Shown: piece by piece, positions 1 through 8,491 of the stretch
How the letters are laid out: each line of letters begins with the position of its first letter
How positions within the stretch are numbered: the first letter of the stretch is position 1
From: Candidatus Saccharimonadota bacterium
Lineage (GTDB): Bacteria; Patescibacteriota; Saccharimonadia; Saccharimonadales; Saccharimonadaceae
Length of the DNA stretch: 32,000 nucleotides
Assembly (NCBI RefSeq): GCF_025273655.1
Contig: NZ_CP045921.1
Span: forward strand, 630,001 to 662,000
Reading direction: 5' to 3'
Program-made: the position numbers and the translations under genes
Notes under the pieces: generated by a model
Seen by the model: the letters and a program-made list of their open reading frames with translations, nothing else
Databases searched by the model: none
Told to the model about the DNA's origin: nothing

Positions 1-1
1 C

Positions 2-1348
2 TCAAGTATCAAACCTATCGCCGACTACGCACCACTCTTCAAACAGCGCGAAGGCACCAATTATGCCCCAGGTTCGATCCTGAAAGACGAAAACATCAAC
101 TCAATCTACTGCGCCGGCTCCACTTCGAGCTGCTCGCTCAACAACTACACGCGGCGCTTCTACGGCAATGTGCCGATTCGTCAATCGCTTGCCGGCTCGC
201 TCAACATTCCAGCTGTAAAAGCCATGCAGATCAATGGTGTTGAAGATTCACTCAAAACTGCCCGCGACCTCGGTGATTCATCGTATTGTACAGACAATAA
301 TAATGCAGGCTTATCTGCAGCAATCGGTGGTGGTTGTACTGTTAAGCAAGTTGAGCATACCAATGCATATGCCTCACTGGCTCGTGGCGGCTCGTACAAA
401 CCTCTCGCCTATGTACTTGAAGTGCGCAACGCTTCCAACGAAGTACTCAAAAAATGGGAAGACCCCAAAGCTAAGCAAGTTGTCGATCCACAGGTTGCCT
501 ATATGTTGAGTAGTATTCTCAGCGATGCTTCGGCTCGCTCAATCACGTTTGGCTCACAAGGTAGCTCGTACGGATTCGTAGTGCCAAATGTGTGGACCGC
601 TTCCAAAACGGGTACGACCGAGAATGGTAACGGTCAGGCAAAAGACTCGTGGTTCATGAACTACTCTCCAGCTGTTGCTACTGGTGTTTGGATGGGTAAT
701 CACGATGGTAAACCGCTTGGCTCAAGCGACAACTCGGTTGTGCGCCGCGTGTCAAACGATTACACGGCAGCTGTCCATACGCAGGTGTATCAGCCTGCAA
801 AACAGTGGACACCGAATCAGCAGATCACGCGCCCGGATGGCATGAAAGATCTTGTCATCAATGGCAAAAAAGATATCTATCCTTCGTGGTACGATCAAAA
901 AACAGCTGCCACCGCCGTGAAGATGACGTTTGACAGTGTCTCGAAAAAGAAGGCAACCGACTGTACGCCAGAAGGTGCGCGCGTCGAGCTCTCTGTCACC
1001 AAGACAACAGACCCAATCACCAAGAAAGATGCATATATTGCGCCTGACGGCTATGATGCATCCAAAGACGACGACAAACACAAGTGTGATGATATCAAGC
1101 CGAGTGTCACAGTGACTGTTACCAAATCCGGATCAAATGTAACGATCACTGCCAATGCCACCCAAGGCACCAATCCACTCACATCCCTCAAGATATCCGT
1201 AGGTGATACGGTAGTAGCCGATGTACCAGTATCTGGTAGTGGAAGCTATTCTGCCACAACCACCGTCACTGGACCGCAGACAATCACCGCCACACTGCAA
1301 GACAGTGCGCTCTACAGTGCGAGTGGCTCACAGCAATACAGTCCATAG
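2..1348 (+). CDS. Class A penicillin-binding protein, transpeptidase (C-terminal) portion; 5' end lies outside the window
   Basis: The frame of the 170..1348 track ORF stays open back to nt 2. The translation gives SSIKP (SxxK) at nt 2-16, then SLNIPAV (SxN) and SKTGTT (KTG), the three penicillin-binding transpeptidase motifs. A Thr/Val/Ser-rich beta-type C-terminal extension follows. TAG stop at 1346-1348. Confidence 0.85.
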   Translation, partial: SSIKPIADYAPLFKQREGTNYAPGSILKDENINSIYCAGSTSSCSLNNYTRRFYGNVPIRQSLAGSLNIPAVKAMQINGVEDSLKTARDLGDSSYCTDNNNAGLSAAIGGGCTVKQVEHTNAYASLARGGSYKPLAYVLEVRNASNEVLKKWEDPKAKQVVDPQVAYMLSSILSDASARSITFGSQGSSYGFVVPNVWTASKTGTTENGNGQAKDSWFMNYSPAVATGVWMGNHDGKPLGSSDNSVVRRVSNDYTAAVHTQVYQPAKQWTPNQQITRPDGMKDLVINGKKDIYPSWYDQKTAATAVKMTFDSVSKKKATDCTPEGARVELSVTKTTDPITKKDAYIAPDGYDASKDDDKHKCDDIKPSVTVTVTKSGSNVTITANATQGTNPLTSLKISVGDTVVADVPVSGSGSYSATTTVTGPQTITATLQDSALYSASGSQQYSP

Positions 1349-1371
1349 GCGTAGCAACTCCATGTATACAA

Positions 1372-1397
1372 AATCCCGTGTCGATATGCGCGGGATT
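1372..1397 (-). terminator. Stem-loop between the convergent PBP and yacL-like genes (probable terminator, possibly bidirectional)
   Basis: AATCCCG (1372-1378) pairs with CGGGATT (1391-1397), with a 12-nt loop. On the minus strand the stem is followed by TTTTG. On the plus strand it is preceded by AAAA. Confidence 0.5.
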
Positions 1398-1420
1398 GTG
1401 TAGTTGTGAGTATAATATGT

Positions 1421-2380
1421 TTACTGTTTATCGATGAGGCTAATGAGCGAATCCTCACCGCTCTTTGGCTTGGAACTACGTCGCTGTGATGGTCGACGTC
1501 CACTCGTGCGAGGCGGTTTTGTCTCAGTATGCATAGTTGGCTTCGACTTTTGTGAAGATGTAGGTGTAGGGGTTACAACTGGCGCTTCGACAGGCGTAGA
1601 GAGCTGCTTTTGCTGCTCGGGTTTACGACCGCCACTTTTGCGCTGGATCAGCTTTTTGACGGGCTGACTATCGGACTTCGACGGCTTACCAGGCTTGCTG
1701 CCAGCGAGCCGAGCAAACATCATCTTACCAGCATCTGTCTGCAGTACACGGATAAACTCTACTTCGACCTTGCTCCCGACCTGTTTGGCTGCCTGCTCTA
1801 CTACCACCATTGTGCCGTCCTCTAGATACCCTACCCCCTGGTGGCTGTCCTGGCCGCGAGTCACGAGCTCGATAGTAGCCGATTCTCCCGGCATATGAAC
1901 AGCACGGATATTCTTTGCCAGTTCGTTAATATTGAGTACCTGTACGCCCTCCACCTGTGCAACCTTATTAAGATTGTAGTCGACAGTACAGACGCTCCCA
2001 TGGTATTTCTTGGCTAGCTCAATCAACTGTTCGTCTACGCCACGCTCTGCGACACCATCCTGCATAATACGTACAGATACCTGATCGATAGCCTGTAGTT
2101 TACGCACAAGATCGAGTCCCTTGCGGGCTTTGGCGCGCTTGTCACTGTCGCCGCCATCAGCCAGCAGCTGCAGCTCCCTGAGGACGCTGCGAGGTATCAC
2201 GAGCTCGCCCGGCACAAACCCCGCCTCGGCAATGGCAAGAATTCGCCCGTCTATAAGCACCGAAGTGTCGACGTATACGCTCTGACGTGCGACTTTTTTG
2301 CTCCGAGACGATGTAGCTACAACAGTGTACGTCGTCTCGGCTAGTATCACGAGCGCGATAATAAGTAGTAAATATTCCAT
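1421..2380 (-). CDS. yacL: PIN + TRAM domain protein (YacL-like) with an N-terminal membrane anchor and a ~100-aa basic Pro/Ser/Lys-rich tail
   Basis: It has an N-terminal hydrophobic helix, a PIN-like segment VYVDTSVLIDGR...IPRSVLRELQ, and a TRAM-like beta segment GESATIELVTRG...KVEVEFIRVLQT. SD GGAGA lies upstream of the ATG at 2380. It sits 8 nt after radA, the position yacL occupies in Firmicutes. Confidence 0.75.
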   Translation of the reverse strand: MEYLLLIIALVILAETTYTVVATSSRSKKVARQSVYVDTSVLIDGRILAIAEAGFVPGELVIPRSVLRELQLLADGGDSDKRAKARKGLDLVRKLQAIDQVSVRIMQDGVAERGVDEQLIELAKKYHGSVCTVDYNLNKVAQVEGVQVLNINELAKNIRAVHMPGESATIELVTRGQDSHQGVGYLEDGTMVVVEQAAKQVGSKVEVEFIRVLQTDAGKMMFARLAGSKPGKPSKSDSQPVKKLIQRKSGGRKPEQQKQLSTPVEAPVVTPTPTSSQKSKPTMHTETKPPRTSGRRPSQRRSSKPKSGEDSLISLIDKQ

Positions 2381-2388
2381 AATTTCTC

Positions 2389-3747
2389 CTATTTGCGCAG
2401 ATAGTCGACAAGTGCCGACCGCATATCTGCGACTTCTTTGATAAATGATGATTTCTTGTGACCTGCACCGGGAGCAAGCGCTTGTTTGAATCCGAGCTTC
2501 TTCGCTTCGGCGATACGCTTGTCAACGGCTTTGACCGATCGTACCTCTCCACCAAGTCCTACCTCGCCAAACACCACAGTGCCACTTGCAAGTTTATGTC
2601 CAGCTGCCGCACTCGCAATCGCCATACAGATCGCTAGGTCAGCGCCTGAGTCACTCAGCTTCATGCCGCCAACAACATTGATATAGATATCTTTGTCTGA
2701 TAATTTCAGTTTAGTGCGGCGTTCGAGGACCGCAATGAGAAGATTAAGGCGATTGAGGTCGAACCCCGAAGCTGTACGTTTAGGATACCCGAAACTCGTG
2801 GGATTGACAAGTGCTTGGATCTCTACGAGTAGTGGGCGAGTACCTTCAAGCGTGGCCAGCACCACCGAGCCGTCTTCGTCGCGACGCTCAGCAAGCAGTG
2901 CTGCAGACGGATTCTCTACTACTTTGAGCCCTTCCTGGTCCATTTCGAATATAGCGGCTTCATTGGTCGAACCATAACGGTTTTTGACGGCGCGTACCAC
3001 TTTAAACCCGCCATACCGGTCACCGTCGAACTGGAGCACCACATCCACCAAATGCTCAAGCACTTTTGGCCCAGCAATAGTTCCCTCTTTTGTTACATGA
3101 CCCACTAAGATGACGGCCGCCCCTGTCTCTTTTGCGGCACGTATGATGACATTGCTACTATTGGTAATCTGACTGACAGTTCCTGGAGCCGAGGTGATTT
3201 CGGCTAAACTGAGTGTCTGAATCGAATCGATAATTACTACCTGATACTTACCGCTGCGGATCGTGGCGGCAATATCGTCAGCACTGGTGGATGCCACAAA
3301 GCCAAGTTCCTCTTGCCCCTGAGCCCCCAATCGTTCAGCACGCTGCTTCACTTGGTGAGCAGATTCCTCACCGCTAGCATACAACACAGTATGTGAATGT
3401 GCGATATGTGCCGAGATTTGCAACAACAGCGTACTTTTGCCCATACCCGGCTGTCCCGCCAGTAGCGTGACACCACCAGGGAGTATACCGCCCCCAAGCA
3501 CCGTGTCGAGGTCCTGGATTCCCGTAGAAAGACGACTCATACGCTCCTCTGGATCAATCGAGCCAAGCGTTTGTGGATCGAGCACACTACCACTTGAGGC
3601 ACTGCGCGCCACGGCAGACTTACCGACCGCTTGCGGTATTTGCTCGACGAGCGTATTCCACTCGCCGCAGTTTTCACAGCGCCCCATCCACTTCGTGTAA
3701 GTCGCTCCGCACTGCTGGCATATAAATTGTTGCTTAGGTTTTGCCAT
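2389..3747 (-). CDS. radA: DNA repair protein RadA/Sms
   Basis: N-terminal zinc ribbon CQQCGATYTKWMGRCENCGEWNT, Walker A GQPGMGKST, the RadA-specific KNRYG motif, and a Lon-protease-like C-terminal domain. I place the start at ATG 3747 (MAKPKQQF...) rather than the track start 3831, because the upstream gene stops at 3758. Confidence 0.95.
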   Translation of the reverse strand: MAKPKQQFICQQCGATYTKWMGRCENCGEWNTLVEQIPQAVGKSAVARSASSGSVLDPQTLGSIDPEERMSRLSTGIQDLDTVLGGGILPGGVTLLAGQPGMGKSTLLLQISAHIAHSHTVLYASGEESAHQVKQRAERLGAQGQEELGFVASTSADDIAATIRSGKYQVVIIDSIQTLSLAEITSAPGTVSQITNSSNVIIRAAKETGAAVILVGHVTKEGTIAGPKVLEHLVDVVLQFDGDRYGGFKVVRAVKNRYGSTNEAAIFEMDQEGLKVVENPSAALLAERRDEDGSVVLATLEGTRPLLVEIQALVNPTSFGYPKRTASGFDLNRLNLLIAVLERRTKLKLSDKDIYINVVGGMKLSDSGADLAICMAIASAAAGHKLASGTVVFGEVGLGGEVRSVKAVDKRIAEAKKLGFKQALAPGAGHKKSSFIKEVADMRSALVDYLRK

Positions 3748-3757
3748 ATTTTCCCTA

Positions 3758-4765
3758 TTATATACTTGGTGCTGGCGCCAGACTACTATCGAGCGAGCGC
3801 GTGAGGCTGTTTGATTCGTCGACCGTCGCATTATATGCTTGGCGCTTTGTTTCGTACTCAGTTATTTTAGCATCTATACTGCTACGAGTCGCTTTTAGTG
3901 TATCCACTCGAGCTTCAAGCGCAGCACGCGCTGATTGGAAGTCTGATTGCGTACGAAACGCTCCATTGCTTGCCCGCTCGTTAAACGTTTCAATATCGGT
4001 ATTAAGCGTTTGAATATTGTCATTATACGCATTCGTCATAGTGTTGATATCACTCGACAGCTGCTCAAGCTGCGACTTGAGAGAGGTGGAGGTATCTTGA
4101 AGCTCGTCAAATTTACTACTATAAGAATCATGTAGTTTTACGACAGCCTGACGATCTGTAAAATACTTCCGATAATACGCCTCTAAATCATTTGAAATGC
4201 TTGTCACCTCGGTCCCGATGATCGAGTGTAATTCGTTGTTACGCTCGCCCGGCTCGGTACGTGCATAGTACTCCATCCGCTCTTTCAGATCACTATCACT
4301 CGACTGCAGTAGTTTTTGATATTCTGCATCAAGGAGACCGTCGACTCGTGTTTTTTCGCTAGAAGACAAACGGAGATACGCGGCATGTAGCATCTCATGC
4401 GCCGCCGTCACCTCTCTTACCCCCTGTAGTCGTTCGTCTTTGATATTGTAAATAAATATCTGTCCGTTAACATAACAGCCCAAGATTGCACTATTCTGCT
4501 CTTGGCGTTTGCACGAATCATTAAACTTACTGGTACCGTCGAGTTGTGGGGTCGAAGCATAAAAATAGAACTCTCCCGTGTCGTTCATCTGCGCCGATTC
4601 CGCAAGTGCCGACACTTCACTTGTTGGCTTGTATTGCCAGACTGTTAATTGATCAAGCACATACTGGCGGTTGAGTAGTACCCAGCCCGCACCTGCAAAC
4701 AGTGCGAGGGTAAACAAGAGACTGACGAGCGCCGCGACCCTACTACTGCCGCTGGCTGTCTTCAT
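3758..4765 (-). CDS. Membrane-anchored hypothetical protein with an HExxH (putative Zn-metallopeptidase-like) motif and a long C-terminal coiled coil
   Basis: One N-terminal TM helix (VAALVSLLFTLALFAGAGWVLL). HEMLH is encoded at 4385-4399 in the context EVTAAHEMLHAAY, with a possible third ligand region NELHSIIGTE. The last ~130 aa are heptad-like and Ser/Thr/Asn/Gln/Leu-rich. The start is ATG 4765 (or GTG 4771) and overlaps the clpC stop (4743-4745) by about 23 nt. The gene stops 10 nt before radA. Confidence 0.6.
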   Translation of the reverse strand: MKTASGSSRVAALVSLLFTLALFAGAGWVLLNRQYVLDQLTVWQYKPTSEVSALAESAQMNDTGEFYFYASTPQLDGTSKFNDSCKRQEQNSAILGCYVNGQIFIYNIKDERLQGVREVTAAHEMLHAAYLRLSSSEKTRVDGLLDAEYQKLLQSSDSDLKERMEYYARTEPGERNNELHSIIGTEVTSISNDLEAYYRKYFTDRQAVVKLHDSYSSKFDELQDTSTSLKSQLEQLSSDINTMTNAYNDNIQTLNTDIETFNERASNGAFRTQSDFQSARAALEARVDTLKATRSSIDAKITEYETKRQAYNATVDESNSLTRSLDSSLAPAPSI

Positions 4766-7226
4766 ATCCACCCGCCAGTACCACCTTGCCTTGTTTTGCG
4801 CTTGCCGTCACAACGGCACCTTTTTCGTACTCGCCGCTTATAACACCTTCTGCAATATCATGCTCGAGCTCATCCTCGATGACCCGACGCAGTGGTCGTG
4901 CACCATTGAACTTGTCATAACCATGGTCAATCAGTAAGCGTTTAGCCGATGGCTTAACCACAAGTGCAATACCTTTTTTGACCAAGCGATCTTTGAGATC
5001 TTCGATGAGCCTATCAAAAATCTTTGAGACTTCCTTGCGGGTCAGTGCGCGGAATGTCATTACACCGTCAAAACGATTGATAAGCTCTGGGCGCATGAAA
5101 TCGCTAAGCGCAGCACGCGCACTTTCGGCATTTCGCTCATGAAGCTCTTCTAGCTCATCTTCGTCTTTTTTCGTCTGCACACCAAAGCCAAGCGTGGACT
5201 CGCGGCGCATCGCTTCGGCACCAAGATTACTTGTAAGTATGATAATGGTATTTGTAAAATCTACAGTCCTACCAGACGCATCCGTCAGAGTTCCATCCTC
5301 TAGCAGCTGAAGTAACATATGAAATACCGTCGGATGCGCTTTTTCGATCTCGTCAAACAACACGACGCTATACGGTTGGCGCCGAATTTTGTCAGTCAAC
5401 TGACCGCCGTCTTCGTAACCCACGTAGCCAGCTGGTGCACCAAGCAGGCGTGAAGTGTTATGTTTTTCAGCGAATTCACTCATATCGATTTTGATAAGTG
5501 CGTCGTCGCTACCAAACACTTCGCGCGCCACCACACGAGCCAGTTCCGTCTTACCTACACCCGTAGGGCCCATGAAGACAAACGAACCAATCGGACGCTT
5601 ACTGGATCCGACGCCACTACGACTACGACGTATCGCGCGCGACACTGTACGAACAGCCTCTTCTTGCCCTATGACGTACTTGGAAATATGCTTTTCTAGC
5701 TGCGACAATATACGCGCCTCGTTCTTCTGCACCCTTGTCGCCGGAATACCCGTCATAACCGATACGGCGCGTGCGACATCGTCACTCGTAAGTTTGACCG
5801 GAGATTTCTTTTCGGCCTCTTCTTGCAGCTCTTTTACCTGACTCTGTAGTTGACTAATACGCGTCTTGTACAAAGCAGCCCGCTCGTACTGCTCGTTGGC
5901 AACCGCTTCTTCCATCTTCTCGTTGAGCTGTTTGAGTTCGCGAGTATAATCTCGAATCTTGCTTGGCTTCTTACCATGTTTGACGCGTACCAGTGCAGCT
6001 GCTTCGTCGATCACATCGATGGCTTTGTCTGGCATAAATCGATCTTTGATATAGCGGTCGGCCATGTAAACAGCATCTTCGATCACCTCGTCACTCATAT
6101 TGACGCCATGATGTTTTTCGTAATACGGACGCAGACCTTTAACAATTGCGGTCGTATCACGAATATTTGGCTCGGGCACCGTAATAATCTGAAAGCGACG
6201 CTCAAGGGCGCTATCTTTTTCTATATGCTTTCGATATTCGTCGAGTGTTGTCGCGCCAATTAACCGCATTTCACCACGAGCCAGTGCTGGCTTGAGCAGA
6301 TTTGCTGCGTCGAGCGCACCTTCGGCAGCCCCAGCCCCCACCAACAAGTGCAGCTCATCAATAAATACTACTGTATTAGTTTGCTCTTTTAGTGCAGCTA
6401 CTACTTTTTTGAGTCGATCCTCGAACTCCCCTCGGTATTTTGTACCGGCTATCATAGCAGCCAGATCGAGCTGCACGATACGTTTGTCGAGTAGATGATC
6501 CGGCACATCTTCGGAGACGATACGTTGCGCCAATCCTTCGACAATAGCTGTCTTGCCTACGCCTGGCTCACCGATAAGTACAGGATTGTTTTTGGTGCGA
6601 CGACTCAGGATCGTCACCATACGCTCCACCTGTGCATCACGCCCGATTACCGGATCGAGCTCACTGCGGCGCGCTTTTGCAGTCAAGTCAACACCAAATG
6701 TATCGAGAATACTCGACTTACGCTTGGGCTTTTCCGTTTCAATAATGATCTCTTCCTGAGACTCAAAATTGTTTTGCCGAGTGAAAAACGATTCTAAGTC
6801 ACCTGTCACCGATTCAACATCTACGCCCATATCACCAAGTAACACAGTTGCACGGGCATTGCGTTGATTGAGAATACTGTAGAGAATATGTTCGGTTCCA
6901 AGTGAGTCCTGGTTATAATCCTGCGCTACCTGCCAACTCATGCGAAGTGTTACTTTGGCGGTCTCGCTCAGTGTGTTCACGCCAATGTGCACAGCTTGTG
7001 TGACGGGCTTAAGACCCAGCGCCACCTCTGCCTTGTCGAGTGTCACGCCAGCATCTGCGAGCACTTTTGCCCCCACGCTCGAACCCTGAGCCAAGACACC
7101 GAGCAAGAGATGCTCGGTCCCGATAAACTTACTGCCGTATCCACGCGCGATAGAGTCGGCGTGATACAAGCTGGTCCGCGCGTTATCTGTCAGGTGAGCG
7201 ACAAACTCTGCAAATTCATCAGACAT
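4743..7226 (-). CDS. clpC: ATP-dependent Clp protease ATP-binding subunit ClpC (class I AAA+ unfoldase)
   Basis: Two Clp_N repeats at the N-terminus ([10 protein letters not shown] / [10 protein letters not shown]). Two Walker A sites ([16 protein letters not shown]). A short UVR-like middle domain ([17 protein letters not shown]) typical of ClpC rather than ClpB. An LGF loop for ClpP docking. SD GGAGGA lies upstream of the ATG at 7226. Confidence 0.92.
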   Translation of the reverse strand: MSDEFAEFVAHLTDNARTSLYHADSIARGYGSKFIGTEHLLLGVLAQGSSVGAKVLADAGVTLDKAEVALGLKPVTQAVHIGVNTLSETAKVTLRMSWQVAQDYNQDSLGTEHILYSILNQRNARATVLLGDMGVDVESVTGDLESFFTRQNNFESQEEIIIETEKPKRKSSILDTFGVDLTAKARRSELDPVIGRDAQVERMVTILSRRTKNNPVLIGEPGVGKTAIVEGLAQRIVSEDVPDHLLDKRIVQLDLAAMIAGTKYRGEFEDRLKKVVAALKEQTNTVVFIDELHLLVGAGAAEGALDAANLLKPALARGEMRLIGATTLDEYRKHIEKDSALERRFQIITVPEPNIRDTTAIVKGLRPYYEKHHGVNMSDEVIEDAVYMADRYIKDRFMPDKAIDVIDEAAALVRVKHGKKPSKIRDYTRELKQLNEKMEEAVANEQYERAALYKTRISQLQSQVKELQEEAEKKSPVKLTSDDVARAVSVMTGIPATRVQKNEARILSQLEKHISKYVIGQEEAVRTVSRAIRRSRSGVGSSKRPIGSFVFMGPTGVGKTELARVVAREVFGSDDALIKIDMSEFAEKHNTSRLLGAPAGYVGYEDGGQLTDKIRRQPYSVVLFDEIEKAHPTVFHMLLQLLEDGTLTDASGRTVDFTNTIIILTSNLGAEAMRRESTLGFGVQTKKDEDELEELHERNAESARAALSDFMRPELINRFDGVMTFRALTRKEVSKIFDRLIEDLKDRLVKKGIALVVKPSAKRLLIDHGYDKFNGARPLRRVIEDELEHDIAEGVISGEYEKGAVVTASAKQGKVVLAGGYEDSQRQ

Positions 7227-7298
7227 AGTTCTATTATGATTCCTCCGTGACGTAACCGCAAGTGGTTTAATGCACTTTTAGACGGTAACTTACTCTTC

Positions 7299-7328
7299 AG
7301 TATACACGGTTTTTGGCACTCGAGTCAA
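7299..7328 (-). promoter_or_regulatory. Candidate sigma70-type promoter of the clpC operon
   Basis: On the minus strand: -35 TTGACT (7323-7328), an 18-nt spacer, then -10 TATACT (7299-7304). This would give a ~65-nt leader carrying the SD. Confidence 0.5.
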
Positions 7329-7339
7329 GCGAGTGCCAA
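7313..7339 (-). promoter_or_regulatory. CIRCE-like inverted repeat (candidate HrcA operator) overlapping the clpC -35
   Basis: TTGGCACTC-N9-GAGTGCCAA versus the CIRCE consensus TTAGCACTC-N9-GAGTGCTAA. That is 8/9 matches per arm, with symmetric substitutions and the exact 9-nt spacer. Confidence 0.6.
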
Positions 7340-7341
7340 TT

Positions 7342-7836
7342 TTAGGTGTCACGTACATGTGCTTCGGGGTGAAATTCTTCTATGAGATACTTGCCATCTG
7401 CTTGTCGGTCGAATTCAACGTCGAATTCTTGCTGAAAATAATCGCCGTTTTGCTCGATATGAAAATCTAAGTGCGCATCGCGCTCGCCGTCATGACTCGC
7501 GATCCGTCCGTCGTATACTCGCACCTCCCGGCCTTGGCCAGGCCGAAGCTGATAGCTCATAGATTCACCTTGCCCCATAACGTACATCTTTTTGAGCACA
7601 ATCGCATACGGGGACTCATTTTGCACCCAAGCATAGCTTGTCATCTTGTCGCCGCTGCGTGAAGTTTTAACACGCATCACACGTACTTCCGGCACAACCT
7701 TCTGGCCAGTGTCGTGACGAGTCAGATCAGCTACGCCCGTATTGCCGCTTGGGGCTTCGGCCGATGTTGATGTTTGATTGGCATCAAAAATCGGCTCGCC
7801 TTTGATCATTTTGTTCATTGCATCGAAAAATCCCAT
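7342..7836 (-). CDS. Hypothetical protein (164 aa), no recognisable motifs
   Basis: Uninterrupted ORF with codon usage like its neighbours (25 of the first 50 codons end in G/C). It has its own extended -10 promoter directly upstream. The sequence looks beta-rich. I recognise no family. Confidence 0.6.
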   Translation of the reverse strand: MGFFDAMNKMIKGEPIFDANQTSTSAEAPSGNTGVADLTRHDTGQKVVPEVRVMRVKTSRSGDKMTSYAWVQNESPYAIVLKKMYVMGQGESMSYQLRPGQGREVRVYDGRIASHDGERDAHLDFHIEQNGDYFQQEFDVEFDRQADGKYLIEEFHPEAHVRDT

Positions 7837-7842
7837 TATTCC

Positions 7843-7851
7843 ATTATAACA
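7843..7851 (-). promoter_or_regulatory. Extended -10 element (TGT-TATAAT) 6 nt upstream of the ATG of the 164-aa gene; a leaderless mRNA is implied
   Basis: The minus strand reads TGTTATAAT-GGAATA-ATG. There is no SD in the 6-nt gap. Confidence 0.55.
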
Positions 7852-7867
7852 TTAAGCATAAAAAGTA

Positions 7868-7896
7868 TTGACATTTATTATATTATATGATATTAT
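7868..7896 (+). promoter_or_regulatory. Near-consensus sigma70 promoter of the 146-aa gene
   Basis: -35 TTGACA (7868-7873), a 17-nt spacer, then TGA-TATTAT (7888-7896). A ~50-nt leader and SD AGGAGG (7944-7949) follow. Confidence 0.65.
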
Positions 7897-7955
7897 TTAA
7901 AGTGAATAATCATTTACGATCTATTCGAACCTACCATCAGCCCAGGAGGCTACCT

Positions 7956-8396
7956 ATGTCGAACACCCTGCGTATCGTCATCGAGCGTCATCCCAACACG
8001 GAGCTCACGTCGTTTCATGTCAATCGCCGACTCACCGACTCGAAGCACACCATCCGATTCGCCCACGACAGCGGACAGGTCGTCGTCGACAACATGTTCA
8101 GCGAAGTCAATGTCGAACCGCTCGCTCAGCTACTCGCCGAGAACATCTACGAGATTCCCGGTATTCAGACTGGATTCATCGGCGGTGGCGTGAGCATCGA
8201 GAACTACAAGGTGAGCGTGTCACACTCGCGTGCGTTTGACGAAAACGACATCGAGTTCGCGGTCATCGAAGCAGTTGCCAAGACGATCAACATCGAACTA
8301 GATGATGTCACGTTCGAGCTCGACGACTACGCCCGCTCCGATGAGTACAAGCAGCGTCAACGTGAATCCGAGCGTGCCTATGCGCGCATGTTCTAG
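7956..8396 (+). CDS. Hypothetical protein (146 aa), GC3-rich; weak resemblance to Nfu/NifU N-terminal-like (Nfu_N) domains
   Basis: ATG 7956 follows SD AGGAGG. 39 of the first 50 codons end in G/C, against 25/50 in the adjacent 164-aa gene and 25/50 in rplS. ERHPNTELTSFHVN...EPLAQLL...IPGIQTGFIGGGVSI loosely recalls the Nfu_N pattern (TPNPNALKF...PLA...GV..VF). That assignment is tentative. Confidence 0.6.
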   Translation: MSNTLRIVIERHPNTELTSFHVNRRLTDSKHTIRFAHDSGQVVVDNMFSEVNVEPLAQLLAENIYEIPGIQTGFIGGGVSIENYKVSVSHSRAFDENDIEFAVIEAVAKTINIELDDVTFELDDYARSDEYKQRQRESERAYARMF

Positions 8397-8410
8397 CCCC
8401 GGCTGATGCG

Positions 8411-8461
8411 CTCTCAGTGTCACTGAGAGCAAAGCCCCCGTACAGATTTTCTGTCCGGGGG
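8411..8461. terminator. Two tandem stem-loops between the convergent 146-aa gene and nusA
   Basis: Hairpin 1: CTCTCAGTG-T-CACTGAGAG (8411-8429). Hairpin 2: CCCCCGTACAG-ATTTT-CTGTCCGGGGG (8435-8461), 11 bp with one mismatch, followed on the plus strand by TTGCATCATTTTT. Confidence 0.6.
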
Positions 8462-8491
8462 TTGCATCATTTTTAGAAGTAAAACTTTCCT

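Noticed and set aside
67-80. GGTTCGATCC, which resembles a tRNA T-arm
   Set aside because: It lies inside the open PBP reading frame. No acceptor, D-arm or anticodon-arm pairing can be drawn around it. I found no other tRNA-like T-loop (GTTCGAATC-type) in any intergenic region.
3748-3831. N-terminal extensions offered by the ORF track: radA to 3831, pilB to 20717, rplS to 18836, nrdH from 21266, the 146-aa gene from 7887, the HD-like gene to 22608, and the gatA-gatB insert to 29898
   Set aside because: Each extension overlaps an upstream gene, a promoter or a terminator, lacks an SD, and precedes an internal ATG that starts exactly at the conserved N-terminus of the family (for example MAKPKQQFICQQCG for RadA and MSFALIKK for L19).
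7227-7341. A CtsR operator (tandem GGTCAAA heptads) upstream of clpC, and the CIRCE hairpin as terminator of the 164-aa gene
   Set aside because: No GGTCAAA repeats are present. The leader contains only a GTTACCGTC / GTTACGTC direct repeat, which matches no operator known to me. As a terminator for the minus-strand gene, the hairpin is flanked by A-runs rather than U-runs on that strand, so the operator reading is preferred.
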